The notes under the pieces were generated by a model, which made no database searches, was not told the origin of the DNA, and saw only the letters and a list, made by a program, of their open reading frames with translations. A program made the translations under genes and the position numbers. DNA of 64,000 nt from the NCBI GenBank assembly GCA_964016885.1, contig OZ024760.1:24366001-24430000 (forward strand), read 5' to 3'. Below are positions 27,946-43,330 of this stretch, one piece after another; the stretch's first letter is position 1; each line of letters begins with the position of its first letter. Source of the DNA: Eledone cirrhosa. Its lineage: Eukaryota.

Positions 27946-29279
27946 CATATATTTTGATTATGTGAATGTCTTCATTTATTAATATTCTGAATAATATATA
28001 TTTATATAGTAGAATAATCGAGAATCGGAATATCAGCCCACGAAATCACGATAAACAATATCCGATATATGTGGCAGAGGGCTCAATAATTTGGAAAAAT
28101 CAGAGCTATAACTATCGTTAAAATACCAACACATATAGGTTATGCCTAAAATCACCCATGCAGCCGAAAATAAACGACCAGGAAGATTCGGGTCACTCAA
28201 ATAAAATATCAATAAATTAATAAATTAAATGAATGTAAAAAACTTACCCGGACCCGCTAGAACAATGTTAAATCTAGCTTCTTGGGTTTCTGCAATTCCT
28301 TAATCCAATCACTATCAGCCCACATAAGAGATATATAGGACTTCTAGAGAAGAGAGGAACGAGGAAAGGCTTTATCAACGAGTATTTCGTTCCACGATAT
28401 AGAGGGGCCCCATATATAAATATAAAAACGATGGATGAATTACTGAGATTCAACTGTTAATCCACCCCAACTAGATGTCAAATAGCTTCACCAACCCGCA
28501 CTTGACCAAGCGTAGTGAGTACGCCCCCCCCCCCCCCGAAGACAGGACCAAATGCCAACAGAAAACGGTGGTGGTCAACTTAGGAGAAGGCACTGGGTTA
28601 AAATGACGACCACCATCATGGAAATTTATCCATCATGTTTAGCGCATAACTTGCGCTGTACTTTTAATGTAAATTACATGACATTGCCCGACAAATCAAC
28701 ACCGTGTATGACTGGTACTATATTAGATCGATGCTCGAATGACGAATGGTGAAACTGACATCGATAGCATTTGCACTCAGATTGTGAACAGATGTTACTA
28801 AATTATTTGCATAAATTTTAATCCTTCTTTGCGAGATATAAGCTTTCAATCTCTCTTGGGTGGTGTTGAGGGTGAGGTGGGGGTGCTGGAGCAATGTATT
28901 ATATCGATCTTGGCATTTCTGGACTAGAACATTAATTTATCGATTATGGAAGGTGAAAGATAAAGCTGACCTCAGAGATTTGAACTTAGTTGGTCCGTCT
29001 CTCTATCGATTGTCATATTTATCACGATTTTTTAAATGGTATTTCTGATTTAGATGCAAGGACAGCAATTTTCTATAGGGGAACGTCAAAGTTAATTATA
29101 TGAGCCCCAGTATATAACTGGTATTTTATTTTTTCGACTCTGGATTGATGGAAGGCAAACTGGAACCTGGTAGGATTTGAACACAGAACGGAGAATGTCG
29201 AAACTACATACAACAAAACGTCCGGCGCTCTACCGATTCTGCCAATGCACTTCCCCTCCCACCTCCAATATCAGCAGCA

Positions 29280-29840
29280 ACAATACTACCACCACCACAA
29301 TCACTATCCCCACCACAATCACCACGGCCATCTTCAATACACACCGCCACTGCCACCGCCACCACCACCACCACCACCACCATCACAATCACTGTTCCCA
29401 CCATAATCACCACCATCTCCACCCTACTACCCACCACCATCACCACCACCATCACAATCACCATCCCCACCACGTTCACCAGCACCATCACTCTACACAC
29501 CACCACCGCCGCCCCCATCACAGTCACCATCCCCACCATAATCACCACCATCGCCACCCTACCCACCACCACCACCACCACCATCACAATCACCATCCCC
29601 ACCATAATCACCACCATCGCCACCCTACCCACCACCACCACCACCACCACCACCATCACAATCACCATCTCCGCCATAATCACCACCGCCACCACCACCA
29701 TCACAATCACCGTCCCCACCATAATCACCACCGCCACAACCACCATCACAATCACCATCCCCACCATAACCACCACCATTACCACCCTACCCACCACCAC
29801 CACCACCATCATCACCAACACCACTAGCGCCACCACCAAT
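29280..29840. repeat. (CAC/CAT)n trinucleotide-derived minisatellite
   Basis: Recurring CACCATCACAATCACCATCCCCACCATAAT. Confidence 0.9.
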
Positions 29841-29854
29841 AATAATAATAATAA

Positions 29855-30500
29855 CGGTTTGTTATAAAACCACAAGGCCAACAATTTTGGGGGTAGGGAA
29901 AAGTCGATAATCGACCTCAGTGTATTACTGGTACTTTATTTTATCGACCCCGTAAGGATGAAAGGCTAAGTTAACCTCGGTGAGATTTAAATTCAGAACG
30001 TAAAGGGCCATCATTCTATGCTGCAAAATAATAATTGTTTTTACGTTTGGCACAAGGCCATGAAAAACCCAGTGCATTACTGGTACTTTATTTTATCGAC
30101 CCCGTAAGGATGAAAGGCTAAGTTAACCTCGGTGAGATTTAAATTCAGAACGTAAAGGGCCATCATTCTATGCTGCAAAATAATAATTGTTTTTACGTTT
30201 GGCACAAGGCCATGAAAAACCCAGTGCATTACTGGTACTTTATTTTATCGACCCCGTAAGGATGAAAGGCTAAGTTAACCTCGGTGAGATTTAAATTCAG
30301 AACGTAAAGGGCCATCATTCTATGCTGCAAAATAATAATTGTTTCTAAGTCGAGGGAAATAGAAACCAGTACATTACTGGTGCCTTATTTTATCGACACA
30401 TAAGGATGAAAAGTTAACCTTGGTGTATTTGAACTCAGAACGCAAAGGGCCATAACTATGTGTCGCAAAGCATGCTATCTGACGCTCTACAGATACAATG
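29855..30500 (-). mobile_element. SINE family A cluster with a 152-bp tandem triplication
   Basis: Identical cores at 29929, 30081 and 30233 share private variants (GGCTAAG, GAGATTTAAATTCAG). Confidence 0.85.
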
Positions 30501-30610
30501 AAAGGTAGCAGCACTGAAAACCCCCAAAGAAAAAATAAAACAAAAATGAACGAAAATAAATGATTAGAAGAAAATGTAAACACACACACACACACACATA
30601 CACGCAGACA

Positions 30611-30705
<95 letters not shown>

Positions 30706-30712
30706 ACACGCG

Positions 30713-30774
<62 letters not shown>

Positions 30775-30956
30775 AAGAAACAAACAGCAAAACAAAAAAA
30801 CAAAATGGCGGTCGTTTCTCATTATACATTGCTAATGTTGGCGTTTGTCGTGTAACAATGGTGCGAGAATTTAATATTGCCGACCATACGTTGAACTATT
30901 AACACGGCATTCAGTCAGCGTTCTACTGGTTCATTTCAGCTAATGAAATAATAATG

Positions 30957-30993
<37 letters not shown>

Positions 30994-31083
30994 AATAATA
31001 ATGAAATAATAATGATAGTAATAATAAGAATAATGAAATAATAATGAAATAATAATGATAATAATAATAATAATAATGAAATA

Positions 31084-31115
<32 letters not shown>

Positions 31116-31708
31116 GAAATAATAATAATAATAATAATAACGATAATAATAAAAATAATAATAATAATGATGATAAAAACAATAATAATAGTAATAATGT
31201 TTTCTTTATTAACCACAAGGGTTTACATAAAGTAGACATTAAGGACAGTACAGGACAATACAGGACGGTACAATTGGGCATTTCTGCGTGTAAAAAACAG
31301 ATGTAATAAAATAAAAAAAAAAAAAAAAAATAGTAATAATAATAACAATAATAAGAATAATAATGGCGATAATAATAATAATCTGATTGGCTTTCGCTAA
31401 AAATATGAATTATGTGAAGTTTTAGGCCGGTAGATCGATATATTGTTAACAATATAGCTGGAATGATTAATGTGAGCTATTTCTAGTGATTGGTTTTTTT
31501 CTTGATCGGTCGTTATGATGCGGGTTTCACACCTCCATATTGGCTGCAAACGCCATTTTTTTGTGGTTCTTGGTGGTGGTGGTGTTGTTGTTGTTGTTGT
31601 TGTTGTTCCTGCACAAACGCAGACGTACATGCTTATATGATTACAGACACACACACATATATGTGTATATATATGTATGTATATATATGTGTGTATATAT
31701 ATATATAT

Positions 31709-31754
<46 letters not shown>

Positions 31755-31821
31755 GTACATTGATATACCCCCCCCATATATATATATATATATATATATA
31801 TACATTGATATACCCCCCCCC

Positions 31822-31859
<38 letters not shown>

Positions 31860-31926
31860 TTGATACATACACATATTTGTTGATATATATGTGTGTGCGT
31901 ATATATATATATACATATATATATAA

Positions 31927-31968
<42 letters not shown>

Positions 31969-32680
31969 ATATATATATATCTATGTGTTTGTGTGTGTGT
32001 GCGTGTGTTCGTGTCGAAAGCAAAAGCAGTCAGTAGAGGCAGTAACTGAACAATATACAGTCAACGGGTGATTTTTTAAAATATAGTTGTAGCGAACTGC
32101 TGGAATTAACACCATAATATCCCAAAATAAACGTCTTGCTGACTGAAAAATGGAAGATATTAATGAAAATAGCAATCTTTTGACTTCTGTCTCACGGAAA
32201 AAAACTTCACATCAACCGCCATTCAACCCCAACCTTAAATATAATATAGGACGTAATTTCAAGGAATTTTTTTATGAATAGATTAGACTGATTAATCTGT
32301 GCAGTTTCTCGCAGAGACACAGCGACACTTGCATGTTCCGGATAGGTTCTTAGTAACCGTCTCAAGAATGATTCAAGTTATACTGGGTCTTGTATTTTTA
32401 AGGTGTCAAAACCAGCAGATAAAGTGGGATAAGGAGGTGACACGTTGTCAATAGCTTTGAATGAGGTGGCGAATTAACAGAGTTGGTAGAAAGTCGGATA
32501 GAATGATTTATGGCATTCGTTTCCGGGTCTCTGTGCGTTGAGTTCAAATCTCATTGAGGTCGACTTTGTCTTTGATCGTTTTAAGATCGATAAAAATAGT
32601 ACGAGTGTTGTACTGGGGTCGATTCTTCCTTTACATCTCTTGGAAGGGATTTTTTATTCAGCATCTGTTCCTCTCCAGAC

Positions 32681-32711
<31 letters not shown>

Positions 32712-32786
32712 TGTATGTATGTATGTATGTATGTATGTATGTATGTATGTATGTATGTATGTATGTATGTATGTATGTATGTATGT

Positions 32787-33381
32787 CAGGTCACAAGTTG
32801 GTGCTACTGGTAACATGTATCCCAGTACAACCTGTCTCATGGTCGGGTCGTTGGCGACTAAACTGGCAACCCCACCAAGGTTTCTTGGTGAGGAGGGTGA
32901 CTTTGGAGATCCTGCAGGACTAAAAACAAAACCTGTCAAAGGGTAAATGAACTCTTAAGAGTCAATGGCCATCCAAAATCACCGGGAGAGATGACCCCTT
33001 AGCCTTTGTCAAGGCAGAATTCTAGGAGAGGGAAATAACACCTGCAACCCTGATGGTATCCAATGATGTTGACTTGTTCTTCTTTTTGGTAAATATCATC
33101 TTGGTTAAGAGAGTGGGACTGGCTTTGTGCAGTGCCTTTGCTCACTATAAAAGCTTCACGGCACAGGATTTGCTTTATATCTGGAGATCTCTCTGCACTT
33201 GTCGTCACATGGTACCATGGGCCCAGCACTGTGTCAATAATTGTCACAAGTGTAGTGTTTGTACCAGAGTTTTCAAGTCGCTGGCTGGACTAAAAAGTCA
33301 CACTCGTTCAGCGCATCGGTAGGGCTTCTCCTACATGGATATAAAGTAGTGGCCGTACTCGAAAACGAGTTGGCAGCCACC
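32787..33381 (+). mobile_element. Non-autonomous, internally deleted RTE-like element inside (TATG)n
   Basis: The 3' part encodes C2H2 CSVCTRVFKSLAGLKSHTRSAHR*, as in RTE/BovB C-termini. It has a short hairpin 3' UTR (CTCGAAAACGAG), (TATG)n on both sides and a 5'-UTR-like structured start. Confidence 0.6.
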
Positions 33382-33525
33382 ATGTATGTATGTATGTATG
33401 TATGTATGTATGTATGTATGTATGTATGTATGTATGTATGTACGTATGTATGTTTGTGTGTATGTATGTGTGTATGTATGCATGTATGTATTCGTGACTC
33501 CTAGTGGAATCTCTATACATATCTA

Positions 33526-33609
<84 letters not shown>

Positions 33610-33739
33610 GAGGTTATATTTAATTTGTTGGGATTCAACAAGCTTAAACATTTTATAACTGATATAAAGCACTCAACAGTTTAGTGGAGTAACTATTCAA
33701 TACATTAATAAATGGAAACTATATTTATAAAACCATAAT

Positions 33740-33805
33740 TATTTTATTATACATATTTCAAGGGCAACCAAGGCAAACTTTGGTGCGCTTTCATCAGATA
33801 AAATA
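33740..33805 (-). ncRNA. Minimal type I hammerhead in a (TA)n-embedded element (33607-33870)
   Basis: Minus: TATTTTAT-CTGATGA-AAGCGCACC..GGTTGCCCTT-GAAAT-ATGT-ATA-ATAAAATA. Confidence 0.7.
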
Positions 33806-33868
33806 CAAATTTGTTTTATAAATATTGAAATACCCGCATACAGACAACCTTAACGGTTGAGGATCGCT

Positions 33869-33916
<48 letters not shown>

Positions 33917-34069
33917 ATTAGAAAGTATATATCCTTACACGCAAAATGCGTCCAGGGACACATGTATTGTCCAACCATATGCCAATGTGGTTCAATGGCA
34001 GGTTAATAAATTAACGAGCCAGAACATATATAATCAAGGTTTAGCAAATAAGAAAAAGTTCCAAAATAA

Positions 34070-34123
<54 letters not shown>

Positions 34124-34198
34124 CGTTGAAGGATTGAATGAGAGGAAGATAGATAGAAATAGATACAAAACGAGAGATAGAGAGAGATAAGGAGAGAA

Positions 34199-34229
<31 letters not shown>

Positions 34230-34246
34230 GAGAGAGAAAGAGAGAT

Positions 34247-34331
<85 letters not shown>

Positions 34332-34619
34332 GGAACGGAGTGGCGAGACATTTAAAGAAAGAAGAAAATAAAGATTGAGTGAGAGAGAGAAAGACATAGA
34401 TAGAGTGAGAGAGAGAGTGTGAGACTGAGAGAGAGGGGGAGAGTGAGAGACATAGAGTGAGATAGAGATAGATAGGTAGATAGAGAGAGAGAGTGAGATA
34501 AAGATAGATAGATAGATAGATAGTGAGAGAAATTGAGAGAAAGAAGAAGAATAGCATAGAATGATAGAACGATAAATAGATAGAGAACGAGAAAAAGAGA
34601 GACAGATAGATAGATAGAT

Positions 34620-35619
34620 ATGTGTCTTTATTAGCCACAGGGGCACAAAAGAAGGGGACAAATACAAAGGGGGAAGTTTACATATAATAAAAACGTGTAA
34701 AATATTATCACAAATGCAATTTAAAAATTAGTCGATTTTCCCCAATAGGGGGAGACATTACATATGGGTAACACATACCCCCGAAAAAATGTGCAACACT
34801 CATCTCCAGGAGTACGAAGAGTTTGTATCCCTTCCCTCTCCTCATCTTTTTCCTCAACCTACAGGCTGATATAGAGAGAAGGCCCATTCACTCAGGCCAT
34901 TCTCGCCACTTTCACCCACCTTTCATAAAACTTGCTGGGGTAGAGCACCTCTCTCTCCCCCCTGATTCTTCTTCCAAAGATAGATAGATAGATAGACAGA
35001 TAGATAGATAGATAAATAGATATATTTCTTTATTTACCACAATTGCGCACAAGAAAGCGGACAATCGAAATCCCCAATAGGGGGGAGGTGCCACAAATGG
35101 TTTGTTTAATACCCCGTAGATAGAACAACCCTGAACATCAGGAGCGTGTTGTGCAAGTGCTCCTTTCTTTCTTTGGCTCTCTTCTTTAACCTACAGGCTT
35201 ATAAACAGAGGAGATAGATAGAGTGAGAGATAGATAGATAGATATGTTTCTTTTATTTGCCACTAGGGCATCAAAAGTGGGACAAGTACAAAGGGGGGAG
35301 TTTACACAAAAAGGCGTCCTCAATAAGGAGGAGGCAATAACAAAATATAAAAATAAAATAAGATATAACAAAAAATAAAATTTTTAACAAAATCCTCAAT
35401 AGAGAGGAGGCGCCTTGGGGGGTCGCACACACCCCCGAAAAAAGTGTGCAACCCTTCTCCTCAGGAGCACAGATAAGGGGTGCTCCCTTGGTCTTTCATC
35501 TTCCTCACCTATAGTCTGATGTAGAGTGAAGGCCCATTCACACGGGCCATTCTCGCCACTTTCACCCATCTTTCATAGAAACGGCTGGGGTGCAGCACCT
35601 CTCTCTCCATCCTGATCAG

Positions 35620-35620
<1 letters not shown>
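34620..35620 (-). mobile_element. Three stacked 3' ends of a Tx1/L1-like element separated by (GATA)n
   Basis: Segments ~34620-34975, 35020-35210 and 35243-35620 each end in an A(A/C/T)TAAA-type signal plus (TATC)n on minus. Translation IRMEREVLHPSRFYERWVKVARMARVNGPSLYIRL*. Homologous to 55120-55420. Confidence 0.7.
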
Positions 35621-35662
<42 letters not shown>

Positions 35663-35837
35663 CAGAGAGGGAGAGAGAAAGAGCTAGCTATATATCTATC
35701 GCCTTATATGGCTCACGTTATAGAACGGGGTTGACATTCACCTATCGTAAAATGACAGTCAAAATTAATAATATTTGGAAAGCTTTCAGATGTAAGACAT
35801 TCTCGATATTATCCCAGTGTTACGTGTCTCTCGGCTC

Positions 35838-35973
<136 letters not shown>

Positions 35974-36028
35974 CCACATATATTTTTCCCTTTCTTTTCC
36001 TCATTCTTTGTTTCTCTATATGTACAAG

Positions 36029-36067
<39 letters not shown>

Positions 36068-36125
36068 GTATATGTGTGTGTGTATAAATATATATATGTG
36101 TATATTAATAGACGTATATATATAA

Positions 36126-36226
<101 letters not shown>

Positions 36227-36520
36227 TATATACATATATATATATTCATATGTATATATATATATATATTTATATATATATAATATAATATATATATATC
36301 ATATATACATGATCTTATATATATATATGTATATATATATATGACATTATACATATATGTATATATAATATAATAAATTTATATATATATATATGATACT
36401 ATATATATCTATATATATATGTATGTATATATATATATATATGTCATATATATGGTTCATGTAAATGTCCTACGAATGTAGGCAGTGAGATATTCGCATG
36501 TATATATATATATATATATC

Positions 36521-36629
<109 letters not shown>

Positions 36630-36977
36630 ATATATATATATATTATGTACCTAACATGACCAAATGTCCGAATGCCTATAAATTTCAATTTAGATTAACT
36701 GTTAAGCAAGGGGACAGAGGAGAGAAAGAGAATAACTGAGGATGGGGTGGGGGAGAGAGAGAGAGAGTGTGTGTGTGGGCGAGAGAGGGAGAGAGAGTGT
36801 GTGTGTGAGTGTGTTTATGTGCGTGAGAAAGAGAGAGAGAGAGATAGAGAGGGGGAATAAGAGACAAACGATTGGAGGAGTGAAATAATTGTGCGCGAGT
36901 GACACAGGATGAGAGAAGATATAAATTTTATATACATACGTACTTATATATATAAATGTACTTATATATACATAAAT

Positions 36978-37040
<63 letters not shown>

Positions 37041-37089
37041 GTACTTATATATATATATAAATGTACTTATATATATATATATAAATGTA

Positions 37090-37134
<45 letters not shown>

Positions 37135-37279
37135 GTACTTATATATATACATATATCATATATATATGTGTGTGTGTGAGTGTGTTTCATCTATCTATCT
37201 ATATATATGTATATATATATCTATGTGTACGTAAGTATTTATACATATGTATTTGAATATATATATGTATATATATATG

Positions 37280-37315
<36 letters not shown>

Positions 37316-37421
37316 GATATATATATATATATATAGATATATATACATATATACATATAAATCGCTTCCCATTTATTACACGCGTATGTGCATTTTTGAA
37401 TGTCTGTGTATATTTGCGTAT

Positions 37422-37491
<70 letters not shown>

Positions 37492-37532
37492 TTTTACCTA
37501 TTCCAGCCATATACACACACATATATACACAT

Positions 37533-37633
<101 letters not shown>

Positions 37634-37644
37634 CATATAAATAT

Positions 37645-37768
<124 letters not shown>

Positions 37769-38099
37769 GTGCGTGTGTGTGTATGTTTGCGCCAATGTAA
37801 TATAAGCACGTAGTTCTTTCTTCCTCCGACTATCCCTCATAGAGATATCGCCACCAAATTACATATAAATACGAAAGCCATTTACCAACATTTCTACTGC
37901 CATCATTTATTTCTTTGAAAGATATGGAAGATTCCTGTTGGAGACGTCTTGAAAGTTGTTCTGGAAAGTAGTAAGAGTAGTAGCAGTAATAGTAGTAGTA
38001 GTAGTAGTAGTAATAGTAGTAGAAGAAGAAGAAGGAGAAGAAGAAGAAGAAGAAGAAGATTGCAAAACAACATGGCAATACGAAGCAGAAGAGTATTTT

Positions 38100-38600
38100 A
38101 ATAATAATTGTTTCTACTTTTGGCACAAGGCCGGCAATTATCCCAGTGTATTACTGGTACTTTATTTTTATCGACCCCGTAAGGATGAAAGGCAAAATTA
38201 ACCTCGGCGGGATTTGAACGCAGACCATAAAGGGCCGTTACTCTTTGCTGCAAAGTATGGCGTCCGTCCCTCTATAGTAATAAGAAGACGAAAAAATAAT
38301 TGTTTCTACTTTTGGCACAAGGCCAGCAATTATTCCAGTACATTACTGGTACTTTATTTTATCGACCCCGTAAGGATGAAAGGCAAAGTTAACCTAGGCG
38401 GGATTTGAACTCAGAATGGCAAGGGCTGTAACTCTATGCATCAAAGCATGGCGTCCAACCCTCTACCGATACTGCCAATTCACCGCCCCTAATAGAAATA
38501 ATGTTTCTACTTTGGCACAAGGCCAGCAATTACGCAGTACATTACTGGTACTTTATTTTATCGACCCCCGTAAGGATGAAAGGCAAAGTTAACCTCGATA
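38100..38600 (-). mobile_element. Three head-to-tail SINE family A copies
   Basis: Repeated SINE core and 3' ends. Confidence 0.85.
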
Positions 38601-38643
38601 ATAAGAGGAAGTAAAAATATGGACAACTTCTAGCATTCAATGT

Positions 38644-39059
38644 CAGGCATGTCAAATGCGACCCGCGACCCGCATGCGTCCTTTACAAGCACACCTGCGG
38701 CCCTTTACAAGCACACCTGCGGCCCTTTACAAGCACACCTGCGTCCCTTTACAAGCACACCTGCGGCCCTTTACAAGCACACCTGCGGCCCTTTACAAGC
38801 ACACCTGCGGCCCTTTACAAGCACACCTGCGTCCCTTTACAAGCACACCTGCGGCCCTTTACAAGCACACCTGCGGCCCTTTACAAGCACATCTGCGGCC
38901 CGCAGAAAGATTTTTACAGAGCGAGCATGTTTTATCTTTGTAATATAAAATAAAATGAAGAATAGTTGTAATGTGTGCGGTTAGTTGTGGTGTGTGGGCC
39001 CCAGACAACACAAATGGGATGTATGAGGCCCTCGAGGGTCCCTCAGTTTGACATGCCTG
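38644..39059. mobile_element. hAT-like MITE with 13-bp TIRs and an internal 22-bp minisatellite
   Basis: CAGGCATGTCAAA ... TTTGACATGCCTG. About 10 copies of GCGGCCCTTTACAAGCACACCT at 38676-38901. No matching 8-bp TSD seen. Confidence 0.7.
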
Positions 39060-39291
39060 TTATATATGATATATGAAGCTGACTAGTTTTGGGATTAAGT
39101 TGTTTCATTAGTCTAATAGCATGTTTTGATTGTATTTGCTCCATATCATCTCGGAGGAGGGGATAAAAGAGTACCAGTTTAATACCAGGGGCGTTGGAAA
39201 TAGTACCAGACTAATACTGGTGTCAATACATCCTTTATATCTCTTTCTCACTTCCTCTCTATTGGTTTCAATCTTGTTCTCTGGAAGAAAA

Positions 39292-40160
39292 CGCGCATTG
39301 CCTGGAGACTTAGCTGAGAATAGACTCCCTGATGACGCAATGAATTCTCGACAGTTAGATTACGTAACTGTCTTTATCCCATTGCAGAAACTAATTAGTT
39401 GGAGTGAAAATTTAAGTAAGTAAGTAAAAATGTTTTTAAAAAATTTTTTTTAAAGGATTTTCTTATTTTACGTCTTTTATATTATTGTTCTGCATCCTCC
39501 TGCATTGAACCACCTAGGTACTATGACATAACCTGTGTATTTGCTGGCATGGGCGTGCATCTGTGCGCTTATGTTAGTTGATATATTAAATTATCTATAT
39601 TTATCTCCAAATCACTGATTTGTCGAGCAAACCTGCCAAAACCACCTCTAAAAAATTTTTTTTTGGTGGGTGTTAGTAGGCGTCTGTCATCTTACCATCC
39701 CATTCCTTCTGACTAGCCTCTGTGTCACGTGATTGATTCTTTAGAATCGGCCATTTGACTAGAGGCAGTGAGGATTTCAGTGCATGAAATTCAGTCCTCG
39801 CTAGCTGTTCCATCTACCGAATTATTATTATTTTTATATGAGCAGCCAGTGTCCGCACATTGCCTGGAGACTTAGCTGAGAATAGACTCCCTGATGACGC
39901 AATGAATTCTCGACAGTTAGATTACGTAACTGTCTTTATCCCATTGCAGAAACTAATTAGTTGGAGTGAAAATTTAAGTAAGTAAGTAAACATTTTTTGA
40001 AAAAATTTTTTTAAAGGATTTTCTTATTTTACGTCTTTTATATTATTGTTCTGCATCCACCTGCATTGAACCACCTAGGTACTATGACATAACCTGTGTA
40101 TTTGCTGGCATGGGCGTGCATCTGTGCGCTTATGTTAGTTGATATATTAAATTATCTATA
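39292..40160 (+). mobile_element. Second locus of the 557-bp HHR family (1.5-mer, ~562-bp period)
   Basis: HHRs at 39324-39405 and 39886-39967. Ends ATTATCTA|(TA)n. Confidence 0.85.
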
Positions 40161-40293
40161 TATATATAGATATATATACACTTTTAAGTTACATGAGTAT
40201 ATTTATGTAAATCTAGAATCGATATATATATAATATTCATGTATATATAAATAATATACGTATATATGTATAATAATATACGTATATATGTAT

Positions 40294-40328
<35 letters not shown>

Positions 40329-40438
40329 AATACATACATACACACCTATATATAAAATAGTTATATGGTAACTTACATAAGTATATTTATTCAAATCTAG
40401 AATGTATGTATATATATATATATATATATATATGTATT

Positions 40439-40502
<64 letters not shown>

Positions 40503-40546
40503 TATATATATATACATATATATATCTATATCTATATCTATATCTA

Positions 40547-40580
<34 letters not shown>

Positions 40581-40935
40581 AATACATACATACACATACA
40601 TACATATACAAACACACACATACATGCATACACACATGCACACACGCACATACATACACACATACACACACACATACACACACACATACATACATACATA
40701 CATACATAAACAGATACAACAGAACCGTCACTTATTCTCTCAGTTTATCCTGTCTTTCTGTTTATCTCAATAAAGTATTCTATAGATTCCTCGCCTAGAA
40801 GAAAACATTATGGAAGCTTCAACAATATTGCAATGTCGACATAGTCATGTTAATTCTCAGTGAATAGCAAGCAGCCGTCTAGTAGACCAGAAACTAAGAC
40901 ATCATTTGGTTCATCACACAGTATAGCAAAATAGA

Positions 40936-41005
<70 letters not shown>

Positions 41006-41039
41006 CATATATATATATATATATATATTTGTTATATAT

Positions 41040-41162
<123 letters not shown>

Positions 41163-41163
41163 G

Positions 41164-41224
<61 letters not shown>

Positions 41225-41268
41225 TATATATATATTATATATAAATATGTAATATATATATAAATATG

Positions 41269-41335
<67 letters not shown>

Positions 41336-41395
41336 TAATAAAAGAAACAAACAAACTAACTACCTAATAACAAATGTTGCTAGGAATTTATTATG

Positions 41396-41470
<75 letters not shown>

Positions 41471-41633
41471 ATATATATGTATACATATATATTTATATAT
41501 ATATATATAGGTATGTGTATGTTTATATGTATATATATTCGTGTGTGTGTGTGTGTGTGTGTGTATGTATATATATATACATATATATGTATATATGTAT
41601 ATGTATTTCTATATATATAGATGTATGTATATA

Positions 41634-41724
<91 letters not shown>

Positions 41725-41740
41725 CTATATATTTACATAT

Positions 41741-41791
<51 letters not shown>

Positions 41792-41888
41792 CATATACAC
41801 ATATATATAGACACATATCTATATACATATATATACATATATATATTCACACATATTTATAAATATATTCAAGTATGCACATGCATAG

Positions 41889-42049
<161 letters not shown>

Positions 42050-43085
42050 AAGAGAAAATGAAGGAAAAATGTACTTTTTATGTATGTCACGAAATTACTT
42101 TATTAATAAAACAGGTTTTGGAGTATAACAGGAATAATGAATTTATATACCTGCTTATCTCTTAAATATATCTGTGGATGTTTCTAATACAAATATATTA
42201 ATATACCTTTCAACTAACTTTATGTGGACATGTGATAAATATATAGCAAATTGCATCGGCAGTATTGATGTTTTTGCTGTATTGGTTTGTGTATTACGAT
42301 ATTTGTTAAGCGTAGCAAACAATCAGATGCGGCTAGTTATTTTCTACTGTTAATAATCAGGAAACAGTTTCTTCCGTGCCATAAATAATATAATTTAAAC
42401 TTATTCGATAGAAATACAGTAAATGTAAACTACACTTGCTACAATTGATTGATGGTGATGTATTAATACATAGATACATAGATACACATGCGCATCTACT
42501 TTCGAATAAATATGTATGTATGTTCTATGTGCATTTGTATGTATGCATGTATATTTATATGTATGCATTTATGTATGTATTTATGTATGTATATTTGTAT
42601 CTATATTTGTATGTACGTATATTTGTATGTATGTAAATTTATATGTATGTATATTTGTATGTATGCATGTGTATTTTCATGTATGTATCATGTATATTTG
42701 TATGGATATATATTTGCATGCATCATGTATTTTTGTATGTATGTATGTATGTATGTATGTATGTATGTATGTATGTATGTATGTATGTATGTATCTCTGT
42801 ATATTTGCATGTATGTATGTATATATGTATATATGTGTATGTATGTATGCATTATGGAAGCATTAATATATTTTGTATACACTCATGTATAATTAGCACC
42901 GACATATATTTATATAGATCTTATTTTCTTCTTAAAGTCTGAACAGTTGTTAGAATCATAGGGGTGCCGTAGGGATCATAGGGGTACGTCGTTTATTGCA
43001 CCTTTTAAAACTGACATAACCCATTCCACCCCAAGCTTGAAAACAGCCATTGTCTTTGGGAAAAGATATATATATATATATATAT

Positions 43086-43330
43086 GAAAATGTTTGACCC
43101 CGACGGCAGAGCTCAAGCCGTTTCGACGGCTATTTCTGGACTAAATTAGAATTTTAATTTTTTTTATTTACCACGCTAAAAATTCTAATTTACTCCAGAA
43201 ATAGCCGTCGAAACGGCTTGAGCTCTGCCGTCGGGGTCAAACATTTTCCTATTTCCCACTCTACTCTCCTAAGTATTGAGTACTCTGGTGCGTTATGGTC
43301 CATCTGGTTCCTTACCACACGTCCTTCGTT
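43086..43330 (+). mobile_element. Fold-back element containing the 3' half of a hammerhead
   Basis: Inverted repeat at 43086-43248. Reads TAGCCGTC-GAAAC-GGC-TTGAGCTCT-GCC-GTC-GGGGTC with (TA)n both sides. A further fragment lies at 43355-43400. Confidence 0.65.

Noticed and set aside
28245-28345. Minus-strand segment bounded by a good acceptor and a GTAAGT donor
   Set aside because: Stop codons occur in all three frames, so a coding exon is not supported.
29177-29827. 216-aa His-rich ORF
   Set aside because: It starts at a non-ATG codon inside a decayed SINE and is a (CAC)n expansion.
30800-31565. YY1-like (AAAATGGCG) and CCAAT motifs suggesting a promoter (also 16350 and 49998)
   Set aside because: Short motifs with no linked exon or ORF, and expected by chance at this scale.
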